Below are positions 37,223 through 47,441 of a DNA stretch of 64,000 bases, in pieces (within the stretch, counting starts at the first letter, position 1; each line of letters starts with the position of its first letter). Source of the DNA: Arcobacteraceae bacterium. Lineage in GTDB: Bacteria > Campylobacterota > Campylobacteria > Campylobacterales > Arcobacteraceae. The stretch spans positions 32,001 through 96,000 of the forward strand of contig JBLWVX010000004.1 of NCBI GenBank assembly GCA_048268245.1, read 5' to 3'. Position numbers and translations under genes: made by a program. Under the pieces are notes generated by a model. That model was not told where the DNA came from. It saw only the letters and a list, made by a program, of their open reading frames with translations, and made no database searches.

Positions 37223-39178
37223 CTACTCTTTTATATCCATCACTAAATTACTAATATATCCAAAAGATGTTTTATACCAAACATCTTTATTGTTGGATAT
37301 TATCTCTTCAATATTTATTTCTTGGTTTTTAGGAAGTAAGAAAAGAACAGGGCTTTGCCAGTTTGCTTGGGATCTAATATTTGCATTTTTAAAAGCTATT
37401 CCTTTAAAAATAGTTTTTTTTATCTCTTTTTTACTTGCTAGACTTAAGTTATCTTCTTTTTCATCTTTTATAAATACAGCACTTTTATAAATAAATCCAA
37501 GTGGTGTCTCTATCCATTTTCCATATTTATTTTCAAACTCTCTTAAAACTTTAACTTTTCTATTTTTTAGTAAAACAACACTGTACATACTATCTTTATG
37601 AGGTTCTTTTCTTAGATATACATTTTGTGTTGTTTGTGCAGTTTTTACTAACTTTTCAAGTTTAGCTTTTTTAATTTCTTCTTTTTTCTTTTGGATTTTT
37701 TTAGGCTCTTTTACTTTTATAACACTATTTTTTTCTAAAGTCTCTTTTCCTATATCCTCATAAGTTCCTATTGAAGCAAAAACTCTACCATAGCTATTTT
37801 GTACATTTGCATAAGATGAAGAGTGTCTAAGCAAAGCTAAGATATAGTTTAGTTTCTCTTTTATATAAATCAACCTACTGTTCATATTTAGTTTATTTGT
37901 AACTTCTGTTAATTTATAAATCTCTTGAGCTACATCTAAATACTTTTTTGAAAGTTTATACTCTTTTTTTGATTGTTCAAAATCTGCAAGGGATAAATGA
38001 ACCTGTGATAATACTGCCATTGAAATAGCAAGTTTTTGCTCTTTAGCAAGGGCTATTTTTGTTTTTGCTATTTTTTGACTTGTATTTGCTTTAAAGATAT
38101 TTAATAAATTCCAAGAGATAGTTGCACCATATGAGGTCCAATTGTTATTTAATAAATAGTCATTATTATCATAAGAAATACCACTGTTTAATTTAATTCC
38201 TGGAAGCATTTGCAAGATTGCTCTTGTAGTTTCTTTATGAGAAATTCTTTGTTTATATCTACTCTCTAAAATCTCTGGTCTATTCTCTAAAGCCATTATT
38301 TCCATTTGTTTTAAACCAAGATTTAATTTTGGAAGTTCATAATCAGTCTTTATTTCTTGGGCTAAAGTAAAATGTGTTCCAGCTTTTAAACCCATAAGTT
38401 CAGCTAACTCAACCTTAGCATTCATAAGATTTCTTTCTAAAGATTGAAGAGATCTTAATACTTCAAGTAAATCCCTTTGATATGCCAAAGACTCCATTGG
38501 TGAGTTGATTCTAAGTTTTTTAATCTTATTTGAGTCGTTTAAAGCTACTTGAACATCTTTCATCATAGGAACAATTTTTTTAAGTAAAGCTTGAGCTGAT
38601 GCAGCTTTATAGTAAGTTCTTCTTACTTCTTGTACTATATTGTGAATTACTTTTCTCTCATTTTGTTTTGCCATTAAGTATTTATCAGCTTGTTGTTGAG
38701 CTTTTACATAAGATAATCCAAAATCCAAAACATTCCAACTAAAAGAGATATCTGCATCAATTTTTTCTTTGTCTTGAGATACCGAGTATGATGGTTCACC
38801 AGTTATTGGCTCAGGGTTACCATTACTAAAAGAAGTACTAGCAGATGCAGCGTACTCATCTCTTTTTGAGTATCCTGCACTTGTAGTTAGATTTGGTAAC
38901 ATATCATAATATACTAAATCAATTTGTTGTTTTGCTAAGGCTGTTTGCATTAACTTGATTTTATTTCTTACATTATTTTTTAAGGCTTTATCTATTGCTT
39001 CATCTATGGTAATAGGTTTTGTAATAACAGGGGAAATTCTATTTATTAGTTTTAAATCTTGATTAGCTTTTAGGGATATTTCTTCTTTACTTAGAGGCTG
39101 GGGAGTTACTGTACATCCACTTATAAAAAAAGTAATTAATAGTAAAAGTAGTGTTGATTTTTTCTTTAAAAACCCCAT
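37223..39178 (-). CDS. TolC-family outer-membrane channel lipoprotein with two C-terminal SH3b-like domains
   Basis: Lipobox ISGC; AIDKALKNN, SWNVLDFG, ALENRPE, ISWNLL; tails NVYLRKEP..W...GFI and NANIRSQA..WYKT..GYI. Confidence 0.87.
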   Translation of the reverse strand: MGFLKKKSTLLLLLITFFISGCTVTPQPLSKEEISLKANQDLKLINRISPVITKPITIDEAIDKALKNNVRNKIKLMQTALAKQQIDLVYYDMLPNLTTSAGYSKRDEYAASASTSFSNGNPEPITGEPSYSVSQDKEKIDADISFSWNVLDFGLSYVKAQQQADKYLMAKQNERKVIHNIVQEVRRTYYKAASAQALLKKIVPMMKDVQVALNDSNKIKKLRINSPMESLAYQRDLLEVLRSLQSLERNLMNAKVELAELMGLKAGTHFTLAQEIKTDYELPKLNLGLKQMEIMALENRPEILESRYKQRISHKETTRAILQMLPGIKLNSGISYDNNDYLLNNNWTSYGATISWNLLNIFKANTSQKIAKTKIALAKEQKLAISMAVLSQVHLSLADFEQSKKEYKLSKKYLDVAQEIYKLTEVTNKLNMNSRLIYIKEKLNYILALLRHSSSYANVQNSYGRVFASIGTYEDIGKETLEKNSVIKVKEPKKIQKKKEEIKKAKLEKLVKTAQTTQNVYLRKEPHKDSMYSVVLLKNRKVKVLREFENKYGKWIETPLGFIYKSAVFIKDEKEDNLSLASKKEIKKTIFKGIAFKNANIRSQANWQSPVLFLLPKNQEINIEEIISNNKDVWYKTSFGYISNLVMDIKE

Positions 39179-39271
39179 TTAAAACCCCATGATGTAATTA
39201 TTTTATATATTTTGCCCTATATAAACTTAAATCCCTATCTAGTGGGGTTTTAGCAAGTTATTTTATACTTT

Positions 39272-39292
39272 AAAAAGTAGTAAAACTACTTT
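39272..39292 (-). terminator. Hairpin after metH
   Basis: AAAAGTAGT-AAA-ACTACTTTT directly after the metH stop. Confidence 0.6.
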
Positions 39293-42200
39293 TTAAATAT
39301 TATAATATTTTGCGTCGTGGTGAGGAACTACTATTGCACAAGTAGTTTGTTCTGGATGCATTTGGAATGTCTCAGATAATTCAATCCCAAACTTTTCAGG
39401 ATCTAGTAAATCAAAGATATCTCTATTCATAGCTAAATCAGGACAAGCTGCATATCCAGGAGAATATCTACAACCTACATATTGCTTCATTTGAACATCA
39501 TTTAATGTTGGTCCTTCTTTTGGAACAATATCTAAATCAAGTCTAATTTGCTTATGTAAAACCTCAGCTAAAGCCTCAGCAAGCTCTACTCCAAGCCCAT
39601 GAATTTGATAATACTTATTAAATTCACCTTTGTTGTAATACTCTCTTTCATAATCAGCAACTTTAAGACCTGCACTTGCAAGGGTAAATCCAACTACATC
39701 TAATCTATCATTTGCAAAATAATCAGCAATACATCTAAAAGGTTTTCTTTTTTGTCTTGGGAACTCTAAAACTTTTATTGCTTCATCTAATGATGGCTTA
39801 TTATTTCTAGCTTCTTCTTCTGAGTTGAATAAGTACTTTTTATCAAAAATATAAAGCTTATTATCATGAGACATACAAGGGTAATACTCATAAATAGCGA
39901 TTGGATCAAAGATATTTTTATCAAGTAATTCTTCTTTTAACTCTTCATATAAAGGCTTAACAACTTCTTCTTCATGCTTAATAAAATCAGTACTTTTTTG
40001 TTTTCCTCTTTTATATCCCCATCTTTGTCTAAATAAAACTCTATGATTAATCCATTTAAATACTAACTCTTTATCTACTTCATCACCAGTTTTTGCAACT
40101 CTATCCCAAAGTGGAGGGAAAGTAAACTCTGTAGGTTCTGGAAGTTCTATCTCTTCATACGGAGGAATTTCAACTTCTTCTTTTGCAACCCTATCACTTG
40201 TATCAATTTCTTCAATTAAATCAGCTGCTAAAGCAGTATTATCTAAATCACCCTCTTCAATTCTTTGCATAGAAACAACTCCATCAAAGGCATCTCTACA
40301 ATAGAATATTGGACCATCATAAATAGGTCTACAATAATCATTTACAAAACCTTTTGTAAGTGCAGCTCCTCCTAAAAGGACAGGAATATCTATTCCTTCT
40401 TTTTGAAGTGTTTCTAGATTTTCTTTCATTACAGCAGTTGATTTTACAAGTAATCCACTCATTCCAATAGCTTGAGCTTTATTCTCTTTTACTGCAATAA
40501 TAAAGTCATTTAAATCAGCTTTAATACCAATATTGATTACTTTGAATCCATTGTTTGAAAGAATAATATCAACTAGGTTTTTACCAACATCATGAACATC
40601 ACCTTTTACAGTTCCAAGTACAAGTACAGTTTCACTAGCTTTTTCTTTTTTAGGTAAATATGGATTTAAGCTATCAACTGTAGCTTTCATAGTTTCAGCA
40701 CTTTGAAGTACAAATGGTAACTGCATTTGACCTGAACCAAATAACTCACCAATAATTTTCATACCATCAATAAGCCATTCATTTACTATAATCTCTGGAT
40801 TAACATCATGTCTTAGCTCTTCTACAAGTGGTAACATTCTATCTTTATCACCATCTAATAAAAGTTTTTTAACTTTCTCAACTGGCTCTAATTTTTGGTA
40901 CTCTTCATCACTTTGCTCTTCCATATCTCCCACATTTGCAAAGTGGTCTATAAAGGCAAATAATGGGTCACCATTTTCTTGATTATTAAAGATTAAATCA
41001 TCACAAGCTTTTCTATCTTCATCAGAAATTTTATTCAGAGGTAAAATATGTTTTACATTTACAATTGCTGTTGTAAGTCCTGCTTTTACACAATGGTCTA
41101 AATAAATTGAGTTTAAGTAAATTCTAGCTTTTTGATCCAGTCCAAAAGAGATATTTGAAAGTCCTAAAGTAGTTCCTACTTCTGGGTGTCTTATTTGGAA
41201 CTCTTTAATAGCTTCAAGTGTTTCAACACCAGCTGTTCTATACTCTTCATCCCCTGAACCAATAGTAAATGTAAGCATATCAAATACTAAATCTTCTGGA
41301 TTAAATCCATGTCTATTTACACATAAATCATAAATTCTCTCTGCTACTTCTAACTTTCGCTCTAATGTTTTAGCCATACCAATTTCATCAATAACTAAAC
41401 AAACAAGAGCTGCACCAAACTTTTTAGCTAATCTACAAATCTCATCAAATTTGTCTTCACCATCTTCAAGGTTAACTGAGTTGATAATAGGTCTTCCACC
41501 TATTTGTTTAAGTGCTGCTTCAAGTGCTGGAATTTGTGTTGAGTCAGGCATTAAAGGAAGTGACACTTTTTGAGAGTAAAGTCCCACAACTTTATCCATA
41601 TCTTCTCTTTCATCACGTCCTGCGAATCCAACTGATACATCAATTACATGTGCCCCTGCTCTTACTTGCTGTTGACCAACTGTTAAAGTTCCTTCATAAT
41701 TATTTGCTTTTAGTAATTCTCTAAAGGCTTTCGAACCTGTAGCATTTGATCGCTCACCTATTAAAAGTGGTGCTGGGTCTTGTTTTAGAGGAACTACATT
41801 AAATAAACTTGCTAATGAAGCTTTTAAAAATCCGCTAGGTTTCTTTGGTATTATACCTTCAATATCTGCAACTAATGCTTTGATATGTTCAGGAGTAGTA
41901 CCACAACAACCACCCAAGAATGAAACTCCATTAAACTCTAAGAACTCTTTTGTTAATTCTGTAAACTCTTTAGGTTGCATTGGATAGTAAGTTTTTCCAC
42001 CTTTATTTTGTGGAAGCCCAGCATTTGCATGAACAGAAATAGGGAACTTACAAATCTCACTTAATGTTTTTACATGTTTATGTACTTGTTTTGGTCCAGT
42101 ACCACAGTTAAATCCAAGTGATAATATATTAAATGGCTCTAAGATAGCTGCAATTGTCATAGCGTCTGTTCCTATAAGCATCGTACCACTAAGCTCAATA

Positions 42201-42772
42201 GTTACAGATACCATAATTGGAATATTTGGTGCCACATCATTTAAAGCATGTAAACCTGCTTTAATTTGTAAGGGATCTTGACAAGTTTCAAGTAAGAACA
42301 CATCAGTTCCACCATCAGCCAGTCCTTGTGCCATAACTTTATAACCTTCATACATTTCATCATAAGTTATATGTCCAAGTGATGGTAACTTTGTTCCAGG
42401 TCCAATTGATCCTAATACATATCTTGGTTTTTGAGGTGTACTAAACTTATCACAAGAATCTTTTACAAGTTTTGCTCCAAGTCTTGATAATTCATATGAT
42501 GTTTGAGGAATTTGATATTCATCCAATACCCATGGCATAGAACCAAAAGTATTTGTTGAAATCAAATCAGCCCCAGCTTCTAAATAATCATCATGAATCT
42601 TTTCTAAAACATGAGGAGCAGTCAAGTTTAAAAGTTCATTACAACCTTCTAGATTGATTCCCTCATATTCCCACTCTTTATCTTTAATCTCTGCTAATTG
42701 AAGCTGTGTTCCCATAGCTCCATCAATAACTAGCACTCTTTCATTTATTATACTTTTTATTTCTTCTATCAT
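39293..42772 (-). CDS. metH: Cobalamin-dependent methionine synthase
   Basis: DGAMGTQLQ, GGCCGTTPEHI, IGERSNATGSKAF, GDVHDVGKNLV, RYSPGYAACPDL. Confidence 0.98.
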   Translation of the reverse strand: MIEEIKSIINERVLVIDGAMGTQLQLAEIKDKEWEYEGINLEGCNELLNLTAPHVLEKIHDDYLEAGADLISTNTFGSMPWVLDEYQIPQTSYELSRLGAKLVKDSCDKFSTPQKPRYVLGSIGPGTKLPSLGHITYDEMYEGYKVMAQGLADGGTDVFLLETCQDPLQIKAGLHALNDVAPNIPIMVSVTIELSGTMLIGTDAMTIAAILEPFNILSLGFNCGTGPKQVHKHVKTLSEICKFPISVHANAGLPQNKGGKTYYPMQPKEFTELTKEFLEFNGVSFLGGCCGTTPEHIKALVADIEGIIPKKPSGFLKASLASLFNVVPLKQDPAPLLIGERSNATGSKAFRELLKANNYEGTLTVGQQQVRAGAHVIDVSVGFAGRDEREDMDKVVGLYSQKVSLPLMPDSTQIPALEAALKQIGGRPIINSVNLEDGEDKFDEICRLAKKFGAALVCLVIDEIGMAKTLERKLEVAERIYDLCVNRHGFNPEDLVFDMLTFTIGSGDEEYRTAGVETLEAIKEFQIRHPEVGTTLGLSNISFGLDQKARIYLNSIYLDHCVKAGLTTAIVNVKHILPLNKISDEDRKACDDLIFNNQENGDPLFAFIDHFANVGDMEEQSDEEYQKLEPVEKVKKLLLDGDKDRMLPLVEELRHDVNPEIIVNEWLIDGMKIIGELFGSGQMQLPFVLQSAETMKATVDSLNPYLPKKEKASETVLVLGTVKGDVHDVGKNLVDIILSNNGFKVINIGIKADLNDFIIAVKENKAQAIGMSGLLVKSTAVMKENLETLQKEGIDIPVLLGGAALTKGFVNDYCRPIYDGPIFYCRDAFDGVVSMQRIEEGDLDNTALAADLIEEIDTSDRVAKEEVEIPPYEEIELPEPTEFTFPPLWDRVAKTGDEVDKELVFKWINHRVLFRQRWGYKRGKQKSTDFIKHEEEVVKPLYEELKEELLDKNIFDPIAIYEYYPCMSHDNKLYIFDKKYLFNSEEEARNNKPSLDEAIKVLEFPRQKRKPFRCIADYFANDRLDVVGFTLASAGLKVADYEREYYNKGEFNKYYQIHGLGVELAEALAEVLHKQIRLDLDIVPKEGPTLNDVQMKQYVGCRYSPGYAACPDLAMNRDIFDLLDPEKFGIELSETFQMHPEQTTCAIVVPHHDAKYYNI

Positions 42773-42859
42773 ATTTTTTACTCTTATTTGAAAATCTTAT
42801 AATTATTATATATTTAAGTTATAATATACCAAGTTATAACTTAGGGAAAAATTTCTCTT

Positions 42860-43456
42860 TTAGTTTTCTACAACTACTCTAATTACTGAAGCTTCACCTT
42901 GATGACCTTTACCTTCATCTAAAATAGTAACCACTTCATTTATTTCACTTTGACATAAAGCAAAGCCTTTTTTAAAATCATCTACTGTGTAAAGTAAATC
43001 TTTATCTTTTGGTCCACCACTATTATAATTTAGCTGATTTACAGAAAAAAACTCCCCAACAAAAATTCCATCAGGTTTTAGTGAATCCTGTATTTTTTCA
43101 AAAAGCTTAGCTCTATCTTCTTTATACATATGTAAATAAGAAGCAACAATTACATCGTATTGTTCTTTTACTTCCCACTCATTTAAATCAGCACAAATAG
43201 TTTCTATATTTACACCCTCTTCTAAAGCTCTAAAATGAAGTTTTGATATTCCAATATCAGAAGCATCTATTGCTGTAACTTCCATACCTCTTTTTGCTAA
43301 AAAGATTGCATTTCTTCCTTCACCCTCACCTAAGCATAAAACTTTTCCATTCCTAGGAAAAGATTTTACTTTTGAAGCAATAAAACTATTTGGTTTTATA
43401 CCATAAAGGTAACCTTCTCTTGAAAATTTACCATTCCAAAACTCTTGTTGACTCAT
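42860..43456 (-). CDS. Class I SAM-dependent methyltransferase (TehB-like)
   Basis: VLCLGEGEGRNAIFLA, LKPDG, SGGPKD. Confidence 0.88.
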   Translation of the reverse strand: MSQQEFWNGKFSREGYLYGIKPNSFIASKVKSFPRNGKVLCLGEGEGRNAIFLAKRGMEVTAIDASDIGISKLHFRALEEGVNIETICADLNEWEVKEQYDVIVASYLHMYKEDRAKLFEKIQDSLKPDGIFVGEFFSVNQLNYNSGGPKDKDLLYTVDDFKKGFALCQSEINEVVTILDEGKGHQGEASVIRVVVEN

Positions 43457-44148
43457 TTTTTAGAATCCTTTTTTACACTACAATTTGTTGTTATTCTATC
43501 AATTAAAGTTATATACCATTTTCCATCATCTAATTTGTTTAAATAAAATACAATTTCAGGTGTTAAAATAACTTTGTATGACATAAGCTCAATCATTTTT
43601 GCTTTATGAAAATCCTCTTTTTTAAAAGAATCTTTTTTAATCATATTTTTCTCTTCCATAAACTTTTTTAATTTTGCATTTGTATTAGTACTTAAAAAAA
43701 GTCCATCATTTGTCCATCCATAATAAGCATCATTATAAGGACTACAATTAAAAGTAGAATCAGCTTCAATTATTGGTAAGTTTATAGCTTTTTTAGGAAC
43801 TCTTGATATAAGATGTGAAAATTCTTCAACCTTTATAGTATCTTCTTCAACTACATTATGAAACATTTTCTGAAAAGAAAAATTTTCAAATCCATCTACT
43901 TTATATAAATTATATAAACCGAATTTTTGGTTTATAAATTTACTATTTAAAAGCTGCAGATTATTTTGAGACATTGCTTTTACTATCTCATGAACTGTCT
44001 TTAAAAGTTCATCAGAAACTACAGGTCTTTCGTAAACAAACTCTTTTTCTTTTGGTTGAACCATTTTATTAAAGTCCTTAACTGAACAACCTGTAATAAC
44101 TAGTATAGTAAATGTACCTAAAACAATATTTTTTATAAATCTACTCAT
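43453..44148 (-). CDS. Hypothetical lipoprotein
   Basis: Lipobox ITGC; 4-bp overlap with the methyltransferase. Confidence 0.75.
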   Translation of the reverse strand: MSRFIKNIVLGTFTILVITGCSVKDFNKMVQPKEKEFVYERPVVSDELLKTVHEIVKAMSQNNLQLLNSKFINQKFGLYNLYKVDGFENFSFQKMFHNVVEEDTIKVEEFSHLISRVPKKAINLPIIEADSTFNCSPYNDAYYGWTNDGLFLSTNTNAKLKKFMEEKNMIKKDSFKKEDFHKAKMIELMSYKVILTPEIVFYLNKLDDGKWYITLIDRITTNCSVKKDSKK

Positions 44149-44299
44149 CTAAAAAACTAATCCTAAAATTTTTTTGATAATATACCATAAGTAACTATTC
44201 AAAGCCCTAAAAGGAATTTAACATCTAAACTATGACCTAAATTTAATAATATCTTAGCTAGAATATTCATTAAAAATTAAATCATTAGGAATTTATAAG

Positions 44300-45220
44300 A
44301 TGACTGAAGCAAAATATATATGGATGGATGGAGAATTTGTAAATTGGCATGATGCGAAAGTACATGTTCTTTCGCATACTCTTCACTATGGAAATGGTGC
44401 TATTGAAGGTACTAAAGCATATAAAACTCATGATGGAAGATGTGCTATTTTTAAACTTGAAGAGCACACAAAAAGACTTATAAACTCAGCTAAAATGACA
44501 CTAATTGATGTTCCATTTAGTGCTGAGGAATTAAATAAAGCACAAATTGAATTATTACAAAAAAATGAATTAACTGAAGGTGCTTATATTAGACCACTTG
44601 TTTACTTAGGATATGGAGTTATGGGTCTTTACCATAAACAAGCTCCTGTAAATGTTTCTATTTCTGCATGGGAATGGGGAGCATATTTAGGTGAAGAAGG
44701 TATGAAAAAAGGTGTAAGAGTAAAAATTGCATCTATGACTAGAAACTCAAATACATCAGGTATGGGTAAAGCAAAAGCAGTAGCAAACTACTTGAACTCT
44801 CAAATGGCAAAAGGTGAAGCTGTTGAGTGTGGTTATGATGAAGCTTTATTAAGAGATGACCAAGGTTATATCGCAGAAGCTTCTGGTGCTTGTTTCTTTA
44901 TTGTAAGAGATGGAGAAATTATCACTCCACCAAATGACAATTCACTAGAATCAATTACACAAGCTACAGTTATTGATTTAGCAAAAGACTTAGGATATAC
45001 AGTAACAAGAAGAAGATTAACAAGAGAAGAAGTATATATTGCTGATGAAGCATTCTTTACAGGAACTGCTGTTGAAGTTACTCCCATTAGAGATATTGAT
45101 GCAAGAATTATAGGTTCTGGTTCAAGAGGTCCAATTACTGAAGTATTACAAAAAGCATACTTTGATGTAGTTCAAGGTAGAAATGAAAAATATACTAAGT
45201 ATTTAACATACATTAACTAA
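44300..45220 (+). CDS. ilvE: Branched-chain amino acid aminotransferase
   Basis: HTLHYGNGAIEG, AYIRPL, GKAKAVANY, FFTGTAVEVTPI. Confidence 0.97.
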   Translation: MTEAKYIWMDGEFVNWHDAKVHVLSHTLHYGNGAIEGTKAYKTHDGRCAIFKLEEHTKRLINSAKMTLIDVPFSAEELNKAQIELLQKNELTEGAYIRPLVYLGYGVMGLYHKQAPVNVSISAWEWGAYLGEEGMKKGVRVKIASMTRNSNTSGMGKAKAVANYLNSQMAKGEAVECGYDEALLRDDQGYIAEASGACFFIVRDGEIITPPNDNSLESITQATVIDLAKDLGYTVTRRRLTREEVYIADEAFFTGTAVEVTPIRDIDARIIGSGSRGPITEVLQKAYFDVVQGRNEKYTKYLTYIN

Positions 45221-45257
45221 TCTTAGTTAATATTTTAAAAATAAAATAAGGGAAAAA

Positions 45258-46340
45258 ATGCCAATAGACAACGACTATTTTAAAAACAGACAACAGAATA
45301 ATGGTGGTGGTTCTAACAACAACGGTGGTGGAAACTATCAACCACCTTTTGAGCCACCAGAATTTTTCAAAAACTTTGGTAAAAAAGCAGGATTTATTTA
45401 TGTAATTATCATAATTATAGCTGCATTATTTATCTTTAAACCATTTGTGATTATTGAATCAGGTCAAGTAGGTATTAAAGTTACTACAGGTAAATATGAA
45501 GATAGACCATTAACTCCTGGTTTCCATTTATACATTCCAGTATTCCAAAAAGTTATTGTAGTTGATACAAAAGTAAGACTTATTAACTATAGAAGTGTTG
45601 AGCAAATGGGTGGTTTTGACCAAAGTATTAGATCAAACCCAGCAATTAATATCTTAGATGCTAGAGGTTTACCTGTTTCTATTGAATTAACTGTTCAATA
45701 TAGATTAACAGCAGATGGAGCTCCAACTACTATTGCTACATGGGGTCTTGGATGGGAAGACAAAATTGTTGATCCAGTTGTAAGAAATATTGTAAGAAAT
45801 ATTGTAGGTGGATTTAACGCAGAGGAATTACCAACAAGAAGAAATGAGATTGCTACATTAATTGAAAATGGTATTAGAACTCAAGTTGAAGCTTTAGAAG
45901 GTACACCTGTAAGTGTAGAATCTGTTCAATTAAGAGAAATCGTATTACCTGAAAAAATTAAAGAACAAATTGAAAGAGTTCAAATTGCGAACCAAGAATC
46001 TGAAAGAGTTAGATACGAAGTTTTAAGAGCAAAACAAGAAGCTGAGAAAAAAGCTGCACTTGCAAAAGGTGAGGCTGACAAAAACAGAATTGAAGCCCAA
46101 GGTAGAGCAGATGCTGTAACTATTGAAGCGAAAGCTCAATCAGAAGCAAATAAAGTTATTGCTAAATCATTAACTAATGAATTACTTCAAATGCAACAAA
46201 TTCAAGTTCAAGGAAAATTCAACGACGCACTTAGAGAAAATAAAGATGCTAAAATTTTCTTAACTCCTGGTGGTTCAACTCCAAATATCTGGGTTGATAC
46301 TAAAGACAAATCAAGAGATACTGCAATTAACGGTAAATAA
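45258..46340 (+). CDS. SPFH/prohibitin-family membrane protein
   Basis: One TM, PGFHLYIP, VQLREIVLP, AE-rich coiled coil. Confidence 0.92.
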   Translation: MPIDNDYFKNRQQNNGGGSNNNGGGNYQPPFEPPEFFKNFGKKAGFIYVIIIIIAALFIFKPFVIIESGQVGIKVTTGKYEDRPLTPGFHLYIPVFQKVIVVDTKVRLINYRSVEQMGGFDQSIRSNPAINILDARGLPVSIELTVQYRLTADGAPTTIATWGLGWEDKIVDPVVRNIVRNIVGGFNAEELPTRRNEIATLIENGIRTQVEALEGTPVSVESVQLREIVLPEKIKEQIERVQIANQESERVRYEVLRAKQEAEKKAALAKGEADKNRIEAQGRADAVTIEAKAQSEANKVIAKSLTNELLQMQQIQVQGKFNDALRENKDAKIFLTPGGSTPNIWVDTKDKSRDTAINGK

Positions 46341-46364
46341 TAAAGTAGGGTTTCCCCTACTTTA
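46341..46364 (+). terminator. Rho-independent terminator
   Basis: TAAAGTAGGG-TTTC-CCCTACTTTA. Confidence 0.75.
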
Positions 46365-46384
46365 TATTTAGATAAAGTAATCAT

Positions 46385-46675
46385 ATGAAAAAAACTAACT
46401 TACTTTTAATACTATCTTTTTTACTTATTTCAATTAGTTATGCACAAGAAAAACAAGAAGAGAGTGTTAAGAATAAAAATGAAATTAACTTAGATATACC
46501 ACTTGAAGAAGATAGATATTCAAAATATAAAGAAGAAAAATACTCAGAACCTCCATCAGTAGAAGAAGTAGAAAAACTTAAAGAAAAAGATATTGAAATT
46601 GGTGGAGATATTGAAGTTGATAAAGTTACAAAAGAAGTAGAAAAACTAAAACTTGATATCAGTAAAAAATTTTAA
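46385..46675 (+). CDS. Hypothetical exported protein
   Basis: Signal peptide ending SYA; acidic mature part with C-terminal Phe. Confidence 0.7.
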   Translation: MKKTNLLLILSFLLISISYAQEKQEESVKNKNEINLDIPLEEDRYSKYKEEKYSEPPSVEEVEKLKEKDIEIGGDIEVDKVTKEVEKLKLDISKKF

Positions 46676-46683
46676 GGGCAAAA

Positions 46684-47364
46684 ATGGAAGCAATAGAAAA
46701 AATTGATTGGGAAAAAACTAATGGTTTAATTCCTGTAGTTACACAAGATGCAACAACAAATGAAGTGTTGATGCTAGCTTATATGGATAAAGAAGCATTA
46801 AAATTAACTATCAGCACAAACTACGCTCACTACTTTAGTAGAACAAAACAAAGAATTTGGAAAAAAGGTGAAAGCTCAAATCACACACAAGAAATAGTGA
46901 ATATTATGCTTGACTGTGATAATGACACTCTTTTATTAAAAGTAAATCAAGAAGGTGTAGCTTGTCACACAGGAAGAAAATCTTGTTTCTTCACTGATTT
47001 ACAAACAAACGAAGAAGTGTCAAAAGTAGAAGTTGATACAACTGCTGCTTATGGTGTAATAGATACTTTATATCATACAATACTTGATAGAAAAAATGAT
47101 GACCCAAGTAAATCATACACTTCAAAACTTTTAAATGGTGAGCAAAACTCTATGCTTAAAAAAATCGTAGAAGAATCAGGTGAATTTACATTTGCAATAA
47201 AAGATGATGATGAAGAAGAAATTATCTACGAAGCAGCAGATATTACATATCATGTTTTAGTTGCCCTTGCTTCAAAAAATATAAGCCCTGATAGAGTTAA
47301 ACAAGAGTTAGCTAGAAGATTTGGAATGTCAGGAATCGAAGAAAAAAACTCAAGAACTAAATAA
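46684..47364 (+). CDS. hisIE: Bifunctional phosphoribosyl-AMP cyclohydrolase / phosphoribosyl-ATP pyrophosphatase
   Basis: WKKGESS, DCDNDTLL, ACHTGRKSCF, SYTSKLL, YEAAD..YH. Confidence 0.97.
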   Translation: MEAIEKIDWEKTNGLIPVVTQDATTNEVLMLAYMDKEALKLTISTNYAHYFSRTKQRIWKKGESSNHTQEIVNIMLDCDNDTLLLKVNQEGVACHTGRKSCFFTDLQTNEEVSKVEVDTTAAYGVIDTLYHTILDRKNDDPSKSYTSKLLNGEQNSMLKKIVEESGEFTFAIKDDDEEEIIYEAADITYHVLVALASKNISPDRVKQELARRFGMSGIEEKNSRTK

Positions 47365-47441
47365 TTTTAAGTTTCAAGTGCAATTAATGCAACTAAGTTG
47401 CACTTAAACTTTAAAAGCTATAATTTCCAAAAGGAGTTATT

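Noticed and set aside
42773..42859. Cobalamin or SAM riboswitch upstream of metH
   Set aside because: Only 87 bp, almost all A/T, with no conserved riboswitch core.
45290..45360. Gly/Asn-rich repeat at the SPFH N-terminus
   Set aside because: An ordinary low-complexity linker of HflK/prohibitin-type proteins, not an independent repeat element.
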